Source: Prochloraceae cyanobacterium
GTDB taxonomy: Bacteria > Cyanobacteriota > Cyanobacteriia > Cyanobacteriales > JBFRWL01
Length of the DNA stretch: 39,952 nt
Direction of reading: 5' to 3'
NCBI GenBank assembly: GCA_051439565.1
Contig: JBFRWL010000562.1
Coordinates: forward strand, 1-39,952
Shown: positions 1 through 6,937 of the stretch, piece after piece
Layout of the letters: each line of letters starts with the position of its first letter
Position numbering within the stretch: position 1 is the stretch's first letter
Position numbers and translations under genes: made by a program
The notes under the pieces: generated by a model
The model's database searches: none
Told to the model about the DNA's origin: nothing
The model's input: the letters and a program-made list of their open reading frames with translations, nothing else

Positions 1-650
1 TATTCTCACGCACCGAGAGGTTACTCAGGGAAATAGCTGTGGGTGCTTCATTAAGGTTGTTAACTGTAATCGTAAAGGTTTCGGAAGTAGTTAACCCGCC
101 AGCATCACTACTAGTAACAGTCAGGGAGTAGTGCGATCGAGTTTCAAAATCTAACGCAACTCCCTCTTTGAGTTTGAGCGTATTACCACTAATTTCAAAC
201 TGACCACTGCTGTCGTTGAGAGTGTAGCTGAAGCTGTCCTCTTCATCTGGATCGATTGTAGAAAGAGTACCAACAACCGCACCAGCCTTATTCTCGTCTA
301 CGTTAGTTTGACTCAAGGAAATAGCTGTGGGTGCTTCGTTCAGGTTGTTAACTGTAATCGTAAAGGTTTCGGAAGTAGTTAACCCGCCAATATCCCTACT
401 CGTAACAGTCAGGGAGTAGTGCGATCGGGTTTCAAAATCGAGTGCGACTCCCTCTTTGAGTTTGAGCGTATTACCATTAATTTCAAACTGACCGCTACTG
501 TCGCTGAGAGTGTAGCTGAAGCTGTCCTCTCCATCGGGATCCCTGGTATAGAGAGTACCAACAACCGCACCAGCACTATTCTCGTCTACACTGGTTTGAC
601 TCAGGGAAATAGCTGTGGGGCCTTCGTTAGTAGGAAATTCGTTCTTAGCA
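1..650. repeat. 288-bp (96-codon) tandem repeat encoding the cadherin-like units. There are at least 2.2 copies, continuing off the window.
   Basis: The landmark 'actca(g/a)ggaaatagctgtggg' recurs at 23, 311 and 599, an exact 288-bp period. The units are highly similar by eye. Confidence 0.85.
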
Positions 651-2080
651 CGAAGGACTATGTCACCATCTAAAAACCGAACAATTTCGATGCCTTTGAG
701 AATATCTGTGCTGCTATTGTTTTGGTTATCTGTATGAATGACAGCAAAAGTTTCGTTATTATTGGCGATTATTTGGTGCGAAAGATAGTTGGAAGTAAAA
801 ATAGCAATGTCATTGCCTGCACCGCCGATCATAGTATCATTTCCAGCATCACCTAGTAAAATGTCGTCACCTCGGTGACCAGCAAGTACGTCGTCCCCTT
901 CACCTCCTTCAAGGAAGTCATCGCCCCGGTGACCAGAAAGCACGTCGTTGCCGGAACCGCCGATAAGAACGTCGTCGCCTCGGTGACCAGAAAGCCGATC
1001 GTCGCCAGCATCGCCTAGTAGAATGTCGTCACCTCGGTGACCAGCAAGTACGTCGTCCCCTTCACCTCCTTCAAGGAAGTCATCGCCCCGGTGACCAGAA
1101 AGCCGATCATCACCGGAACCGCCGATAAGAATGTCATCGCCTCGATGACCAGAAAGCCGATCGTCGCCGAAACTTCCCACAAGAGTGTCGTCGCCTCGGT
1201 GACCGTCAAGTCGATCGTCGCCTCGACCTCCTTCGATAAGATCGTCACCCCGTTTTCCACGGAGGGTATCATTGCCTAAGCTACCATAAATTTTGTCGTC
1301 ATTATCAGTGCCAGAAAGCCGATCGTTCCAAATAGTACCATAAATAACATCTTCACCGAGATTGCCAATTAAGATATCCCCAGCAAAATCAATCAGATTT
1401 TGATTAATTGCCACTAGAGTGAGATTAGTATTCTGGCTAAAAGTGTTTTGGTATGTACCTGTAATTTGGCTAGCGGCATAGTCCGTACCGTTGTTACCAT
1501 CAATATCAGTGTTTTGTTCGTGATAGGTAATTGTAAAATTGTCACTTTTGCCAAAAGTCAGTTCGCCAATTTTTTCTCCAGAAATTAACTCGCCTTCCAG
1601 GAGAAAATAATCTAAGATTTTTGGATTATTGACATCCGTAGTATCCAATAAGAGAAATAAGATCCTCCCATTAGCTTCGTTGTATTCAACATCGGGATTT
1701 TCAATCTCTTTAGCTTGCAGGACTAAATCTATAGAAAAATCAAAAGATAATTTTTCCTCGGCGGTAACAAAAAAATTACCGATCGCTTCAGTTTTACTGG
1801 TGGCACTTCCCACAAAAGTTCCATCTTCACCAACGCCAGTAGTATCAGCCAAAAGTAGAGCCAAAGCTGACTCTTGCTCTTGGCTAAAAATACTCTCTCC
1901 GTTAGCAATGGAAGCAGCTACGCCAGCTTCTACCAAAGTCTTAGTTTGAGCTTCAGTCAAAGTTCCTAACGGAGTTTGATTGTAGTTTTTCAAGACAATG
2001 CTGCTGTTAGCGTTGACTACATTGGGAGAGTAATCAGGGGCGGGGAAAATTGGTTGTAAAAATAAAGTATCTGATGTCAT
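1..2080 (-). CDS. Large surface or secreted protein, partial. The N-terminus is at 2080 and the C-terminus lies beyond the left window edge. It has a ~240-aa N-terminal domain of unknown function, then an RTX (hemolysin-type Ca-binding) nonapeptide block, then tandem cadherin-like repeats.
   Basis: It is absent from the ORF track because it has no stop inside the window. Manual translation of the minus strand from ATG 2080-2078 (MTSDTLFLQPIFPAPDYSPN...) stays open to position 1, about 693 codons. The middle part is GGxGxD-type nonapeptides (GGSGDDRLSGHRGDDFLEGGEGDDVLAGHRGDD...). The last ~220 residues are 96-aa units with a cadherin signature (PTAISLS..VDEN..GAVVGTL...DPD..DSFSYTL...FEI.GNTLKLK.G.ALDFE...Y.LTV...D.GGL..SETFTITVNNLNEAP). 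There is no N-terminal signal peptide. Confidence 0.85.
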   Translation of the reverse strand, partial: MTSDTLFLQPIFPAPDYSPNVVNANSSIVLKNYNQTPLGTLTEAQTKTLVEAGVAASIANGESIFSQEQESALALLLADTTGVGEDGTFVGSATSKTEAIGNFFVTAEEKLSFDFSIDLVLQAKEIENPDVEYNEANGRILFLLLDTTDVNNPKILDYFLLEGELISGEKIGELTFGKSDNFTITYHEQNTDIDGNNGTDYAASQITGTYQNTFSQNTNLTLVAINQNLIDFAGDILIGNLGEDVIYGTIWNDRLSGTDNDDKIYGSLGNDTLRGKRGDDLIEGGRGDDRLDGHRGDDTLVGSFGDDRLSGHRGDDILIGGSGDDRLSGHRGDDFLEGGEGDDVLAGHRGDDILLGDAGDDRLSGHRGDDVLIGGSGNDVLSGHRGDDFLEGGEGDDVLAGHRGDDILLGDAGNDTMIGGAGNDIAIFTSNYLSHQIIANNNETFAVIHTDNQNNSSTDILKGIEIVRFLDGDIVLRAKNEFPTNEGPTAISLSQTSVDENSAGAVVGTLYTRDPDGEDSFSYTLSDSSGQFEINGNTLKLKEGVALDFETRSHYSLTVTSRDIGGLTTSETFTITVNNLNEAPTAISLSQTNVDENKAGAVVGTLSTIDPDEEDSFSYTLNDSSGQFEISGNTLKLKEGVALDFETRSHYSLTVTSSDAGGLTTSETFTITVNNLNEAPTAISLSNLSVREN
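846..1169. repeat. 162-bp (54-codon, six RTX nonapeptides) tandem duplication inside the RTX block.
   Basis: Units 846-1007 and 1008-1169 align with about a dozen mismatches. An ~80-bp core (aatgtcgtcacctcggtgaccagcaagtacgtcgtcccc...ggtgaccagaaag) is identical in both. Confidence 0.85.
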
Positions 2081-2741
2081 GAAATACTTTTTCCTTAAAT
2101 CGACAATAATCTTTCAAAGGCTAATTTATAAAGTCAACTCAAGATTAAAGTCACTCAAATATAGACCGGAAAGCTCTTCAAGTTCTTAGAGTTACGTACG
2201 TACCTATCAAAGAATTGTTTTATCGCCTAAAATGTCAGCATTAAGCTGAATACTTACTTTGAAATAAATAAACGTGAAAATCAAAAACAATTTTCTTAAA
2301 AGTTTGTTGTTTTGTGAGTTTAATAATGGTAAATAAGTTGTACGTGCAATTATTTTTTAAGTTATCTTTATTAGCCTAGAGTTTATTTCTAGCCCAGATA
2401 ATACTGAGAACCTCATAACCTATCCGTATTTTTCTACAACTTGCATCTACCACAATGGCTTTATATACTTAGATACGTCAACCGTTATTTTTTGAAATTG
2501 ATAATCTTTACCTTAAATTTAAAAAACTAGAGCTAAATTATAATATTTTTTCAAGCTTGAAATAGCTGTTGTGCAGAAGATTTTGGCTGTTGATTCTGGA
2601 AATTATTCTATAAATTTTTCTTAAACTAGAGTGGGAGCTGCAAACTCTTTTTTGTTGGTTTTACCCACTGGATATCCACAATGGCTCTTTTTTGAGTTGC
2701 AGCTTAGGTATTTTGCAAGTGACTCTGAAACAATGGGGCGA

Positions 2742-4400
2742 CTAATCACTGGTTAACACCAGTCCTTCAAATGACTTCAGACTAACTCTCAAACCAGAGA
2801 AATTTTCTGCAACAACAGAATGAGTAGATGCCAGAACCTTCCAGGATTTCTGACTTAATGGCTCGAAATTCTCTCCCCTAAAGAAACTTTTTTGTTCAGA
2901 CATATTTAACAAAACTAGAATTTGGTTCTCCTTATCCTCACGAAAATAGGCCAGGACAAAAGGATCTTCTCCTAATAGGGTTAATTTTCCCCTTCTCAGG
3001 GAAGACCAACTTTGCCGCAAGGCGATAAGTTTTTTGTAATAGTTAAGAATTGAATTGGGGTTGGTTAGTTGGGCTTTCACATTTCGCTGCACGCAATCTC
3101 GATTCAACTTTAGCCAAGGTGAGACCTTGGTAAAACCAGCATTTTCCGTGTCATCCCACTGCATGGGCGTGCGAGCCCCATCCCGTCCCTTATATTCGGG
3201 CCAGTCTAATTTTCCTCTGGGGTCTTGGACTTCATCAATGGTTTCTGGGCAGCGATCTCGCATTCCTATTTCTTCACCGTAATAAATAAAAGGAGCACCT
3301 CGCAAGGTTAATAACATGGTGGCGAGGAGTTTGGCTACTGCCTCGGAATTTTCTTGAGAAGCATATCGAGTAGTCGCTCTAGGTAAATCCTGGTTGCTCA
3401 AGACTGTAGTGGTGGGATAGTGACTCAGATATTTCTCTGTATGGGCGAGTAACTGTCGGAAGGAAGCTGCCGACAATTTATCGACGTTACTGAGAAAGAA
3501 ATTGAACGGCAGTTGGATTTCATTTCCCTGGTCCCCATAATAGGGAACTAAATCTTGGACGGTGGGAACCCAAACTTCACCAATCAGCAGCGGTTCTTCT
3601 TCTCCCTTGCTTTTGAGATGTTGGCGTAAGGCTTTGATGACATGGTGATTTTCTGGCTGGTCGATCGTGTAAATGGGTAACTGTTTAATTGGCAATACGA
3701 GCTTTAAGTATTCTGGCATTTCATCGGTTACTGGATTGTCTCGTAGCGCCTCATCTTCAAACAAAAAGTTAATAACATCTAATCGGAACCCTTTCACCCC
3801 TTTGTTTAACCAGAAGTCCAGAACTTCAAACATGGCCTTTTTTACGGAAGGATTTCGCCAGTTTAGATCGGGTTGCTGTTGATAAAAAAAGTGATAGTAG
3901 TATTGTCCACTCTTCTGGTCAAATGTCCAGCTAGATTTTTCAAAACCCGCCCAGTTGTTAGGAGGTCCCCCATTGTTGGCCGGATCTCTCCAGATGTACC
4001 AATCTCGTTTAGGTGAATGGCGAGATGAGCGGGAATCGATGAAGAAGGGATGCTGATCTGAGGTATGGTTGAGTACTAGATCGATAATAATTTTGAGCTG
4101 ACGTTTTTCTGCTTCTTGAACTAATTGTTCAAAGTCAGTCATTGTCCCGAACTGGGGGTCAATATCAAAATAGTCCAGAATATCGTAGCCAAAATCAACT
4201 TGTGGCGACGGATAGAAAGGGGTAATCCAAAGCCCTTCGACTCCAAGCTCGTGCAAATAATCTAGCCGCTGGATTATTCCCCTTAGATCGCCAATCCCAT
4301 CACCATTTGAATCCTGAAAACTCCGGATATAGATTTGGTAAAATACAGCACCTTCCCACCAAGGTGAGGTTAAACTAGTCCGTTCTGCAGTTTCACTCAT
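2742..4400 (-). CDS. GH13 alpha-glucosidase of the oligo-1,6-glucosidase / trehalose-6-P hydrolase-like subfamily.
   Basis: The 552-aa ORF carries the GH13 conserved regions: DLVLNHTS (I), GFRLDVINF (II, nucleophile Asp), GEVW (III, acid/base Glu) and the QPDLN motif typical of the oligo-1,6-glucosidase subfamily. Region IV reads NQD instead of NHD. Confidence 0.85.
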   Translation of the reverse strand: MSETAERTSLTSPWWEGAVFYQIYIRSFQDSNGDGIGDLRGIIQRLDYLHELGVEGLWITPFYPSPQVDFGYDILDYFDIDPQFGTMTDFEQLVQEAEKRQLKIIIDLVLNHTSDQHPFFIDSRSSRHSPKRDWYIWRDPANNGGPPNNWAGFEKSSWTFDQKSGQYYYHFFYQQQPDLNWRNPSVKKAMFEVLDFWLNKGVKGFRLDVINFLFEDEALRDNPVTDEMPEYLKLVLPIKQLPIYTIDQPENHHVIKALRQHLKSKGEEEPLLIGEVWVPTVQDLVPYYGDQGNEIQLPFNFFLSNVDKLSAASFRQLLAHTEKYLSHYPTTTVLSNQDLPRATTRYASQENSEAVAKLLATMLLTLRGAPFIYYGEEIGMRDRCPETIDEVQDPRGKLDWPEYKGRDGARTPMQWDDTENAGFTKVSPWLKLNRDCVQRNVKAQLTNPNSILNYYKKLIALRQSWSSLRRGKLTLLGEDPFVLAYFREDKENQILVLLNMSEQKSFFRGENFEPLSQKSWKVLASTHSVVAENFSGLRVSLKSFEGLVLTSD

Positions 4401-4575
4401 CTTGTTAATTTAGTCTTTAAAATTTGAATGCGATAATCACGACAAACATAAATTTAAATAGATGATTATCAATCATTTAGGCTAATCTTGCTTGCACCAA
4501 AGCGCAATAAAATGATATGAATAAAACTTGGTTTTTCTGCTAACTTTCTTTAGGAACTAGAGAGCTGGTCTGTGT

Positions 4576-6411
4576 ATGTCCAGTGAGATCGTTTTCATCT
4601 TTGTCTTAATCTTGGTAGCTGGTGCTTTAATGGCCAGCAACCGAATTCGATTTGATATAGTCGCCTTACTTGTAGTCATAACATTGATGCTGAGTGGTAT
4701 CCTCACTGTTGGTGAGGCTCTGACTGGCTTCGGCAGTAGCGTTGTCATTCTGGTCGCTGCTTTGCTCGTGGTCAGTGAGATGCTCCTTCAAACCGGTGTT
4801 GCGCGTGCGGTTAGCGACTGGATTCTCAAGAATGGCGGGAGTAATGAGAAGCGCTTGCTAATCCTTATCATGCTTGGGACTGGAATGTTGGGGATGGCAA
4901 TGAGCTCGACAGCTGTTGTAGCTATTTTTATCCCCATCGTTTTGCGCATCGTTGCCGAGACGAATTTAAGCGTACAACGCTTGTTGATGCCCATGTCTTA
5001 TGCCGCACTCATCAGTGGCATGCTGACTTTGATTGCTACGCCACCCAACATTGTGGTGCATTATGAGCTGAGGGAAGCTGGCTTTGAGGGATTCGGTTTT
5101 TTTAGCATTACACCTATCGGCTTGGCGGTTCTCGCGGTGGCGATTGTTTATATCTTGCTTGTTGGCCGACGCCTTTTGTGGCGAGGGAACAATATTACCG
5201 TTTCCGATAAGTCCCTGCGCTCCATCAGGGAGATTTGGGGGGATTTCCAGATCGGAGAACGCATTGCTCGATTTCGCATTGAGAACAACTCGCCCTTGGC
5301 TGGCAAAACTATTGCGGAAGCCGAGATCGAAAGTCGATATAAGGTAAGGATTCTAGGGATTGCCCGTCCGATACGAGGCGGGCTGCACCGTATCCCTATG
5401 CCTGGCCCCGATATTGACCTCCGCGCAGAAGATTCCATTCTAGTGGTGGGCAACTCCGAACAGAGCGAGCGCTTACATGCCGAACAGACTTTAATGATGC
5501 TGCCAGCATCTCCCAAGGAAAGCCAGCGCTGGCTGTGGGAACTCGGTGGTGCAGTGGTGCTCATTCACCCAGACTCGGGTCTGATGGGCAAGTCGATTCG
5601 AGAAGCTGAATTTCGATCGACCTATGGTCTGCAGGTTCTGGGTCTACGTCACGCAAGGCAACTTGTCTCCCACTTCGAGGACTGGCAGTTGCGTTCCTCA
5701 GATACCCTTTTTGTCGTTGGGCGCTGGACCAGTATTCGGAAACTACAATCCCATTTGCACGATTTCGTAGTGACGGAGTTGCCGTCAGAACATACCGAGG
5801 TCGTGACCTCTTATCGTCGCAGGCCCATCGCCATCACCATCCTTGTCAGTATGATACTTCTCACCGTTTTTGATCTTGTGCCTCTGGTGACAGCTGTATT
5901 AATGGCGGCACTTGCTGCTGTATTCACTCGCTGCATCACGATGGAAGATGCATATCGAGCCATCCCCTGGAGCAGTTTGGTTCTCATTGCTGGCATGCTC
6001 CCGCTTGCCGATGCATTGAATAAGAGCGGCGGTACTCGTTTTATCGTAGATAACCTATTGTCCGTTCTGGGAGACTCAGGACCCTATGTAATGCTAACCG
6101 TAATATTCTTCCTCACTGCAGGAATAGGACTGATACTATCCAATACGGCATCCGCAGTGCTCGTTGCACCTATTGCCATCTACGCAGCTGAGGCATTGAA
6201 CATCTCCCCCTATTCGTTTGCTGTGGCAGTGGCGATCGCCGCATCGGCAGCCTATTCAACTCCAGTTTCGACTCCAGTCGTTACGCTGGTAGTCGAACCA
6301 GGTCGGTATAGTTTCCTAGACTTTGTCAAGGTGGGAGTACCGCTTTTAGTGTTGACATATCTCGTTACGCTCCTACTTGTTCCACTGGTATTCCCGTTTA
6401 CTCCTGGATGA
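4576..6411 (+). CDS. SLC13/DASS-family anion permease with two central TrkA-C (RCK_C) domains.
   Basis: The 611-aa ORF has hydrophobic N- and C-terminal halves. These flank two soluble repeats of the TrkA-C type (..PLAGKTIAEAEIESRYKVRILGI.. and ..LMGKSIREAEFRSTYGLQVLGL..). Confidence 0.8.
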   Translation: MSSEIVFIFVLILVAGALMASNRIRFDIVALLVVITLMLSGILTVGEALTGFGSSVVILVAALLVVSEMLLQTGVARAVSDWILKNGGSNEKRLLILIMLGTGMLGMAMSSTAVVAIFIPIVLRIVAETNLSVQRLLMPMSYAALISGMLTLIATPPNIVVHYELREAGFEGFGFFSITPIGLAVLAVAIVYILLVGRRLLWRGNNITVSDKSLRSIREIWGDFQIGERIARFRIENNSPLAGKTIAEAEIESRYKVRILGIARPIRGGLHRIPMPGPDIDLRAEDSILVVGNSEQSERLHAEQTLMMLPASPKESQRWLWELGGAVVLIHPDSGLMGKSIREAEFRSTYGLQVLGLRHARQLVSHFEDWQLRSSDTLFVVGRWTSIRKLQSHLHDFVVTELPSEHTEVVTSYRRRPIAITILVSMILLTVFDLVPLVTAVLMAALAAVFTRCITMEDAYRAIPWSSLVLIAGMLPLADALNKSGGTRFIVDNLLSVLGDSGPYVMLTVIFFLTAGIGLILSNTASAVLVAPIAIYAAEALNISPYSFAVAVAIAASAAYSTPVSTPVVTLVVEPGRYSFLDFVKVGVPLLVLTYLVTLLLVPLVFPFTPG

Positions 6412-6442
6412 GGACAAATCTAATAAAAGCATACTCTTGCTG

Positions 6443-6465
6443 ATTTCTTGCCTGCGGGAAGAAAT
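6443..6465 (+). terminator. Possible intrinsic terminator of the permease gene.
   Basis: ATTTCTT (6443-6449) pairs with AAGAAAT (6459-6465), with two further inner C:G pairs. It is followed by TGTTAT and lies 32 nt after the stop codon. The stem is weak. Confidence 0.35.
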
Positions 6466-6584
6466 TGTTATATCCGACTAGCACGATCGAACCCCCAAAC
6501 CCCAAACCTAGAGCTTTGTGAAGGAAGAACCAGCCTAACTTACAGAACTGCTTCTAATTCATATATCGCAGCACTATCTACCTA

Positions 6585-6704
6585 AATACTGCTCGGATAA
6601 GGTTTTTTCTTTTCCTCCTAATACCGTTTGAATAAGTTCTTTTCTCTTTTCTCTTTCCCCTCTGCTTAATCTCAACCGAAAACTTTTGTTAACCGAGCAG
6701 TATT
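6585..6704. mobile_element. MITE-like element C (~120 bp), single copy in the window.
   Basis: It has perfect 12-bp terminal inverted repeats, AATACTGCTCGG and CCGAGCAGTATT, and no coding capacity. A TA sits at both ends of the CTGCTCGG/CCGAGCAG core. Confidence 0.55.
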
Positions 6705-6706
6705 GA

Positions 6707-6823
6707 TAAGTAGGTAGGTAAAATTAATTAGAAAATGGTTGAGAGAGGGGTCAGAGGTAAAAACAAATAGCTAACAGGTAATTCCTCATTTCAGTTTTAT
6801 ATTTATTTATGACCACCTACTTA
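6707..6823. mobile_element. MITE-like element A, copy 1 (117 bp).
   Basis: The terminal inverted repeats are TAAGTAGGTAGGT and ACCACCTACTTA. A second copy at 26492-26622 is about 93% identical apart from a 14-bp indel. Both copies are bounded by TA. Confidence 0.75.
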
Positions 6824-6912
6824 CCAATTTAAAAAAATAGTGCTACACATCAATTATCTGAATCTGTTACCTTTCCTAACCAAAGTGTAGCAATCTTCAA
6901 CGAAATTGGTAT
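6822..6912. mobile_element. MITE-like element B, copy 1 (~90 bp).
   Basis: The terminal inverted repeats are TACCAATTT and GAAATTGGTA, and there is an internal inverted repeat GCTACAC/GTGTAGC. A second copy lies at 28581-28688. It is flanked by TA on both sides, and the left TA is shared with element A. Confidence 0.7.
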
Positions 6913-6937
6913 GATTAGTAGCTAGCTTATGAGCTCT

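Noticed and set aside
419-1949. Track ORFs 419..673(+), 1015..1272(-), 1037..1279(+) and 1629..1949(+).
   Set aside because: All lie inside the long open minus-strand frame (1-2080) that encodes recognisable RTX and cadherin repeats. Their translations are low-complexity shadows of the repeat DNA in other frames.
2450-2686. The 11-mer CCACAATGGCT occurs twice in the 2081-2741 spacer (2450 and 2676) and once inside sppA (27669).
   Set aside because: It could be a binding site, but three hits, one of them coding, give no phasing or palindromic structure to support a call. It needs a genome-wide motif count.
2636-2704. Inverted repeat AGCTGCAAACTC / GAGTTGCAGCT, 40 bp downstream of the glucosidase stop, considered as a terminator or another MITE.
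   Set aside because: The arms are separated by a 46-nt loop and the T-runs sit inside the loop rather than after the stem. No second copy was seen in the window. The evidence is insufficient for either call.
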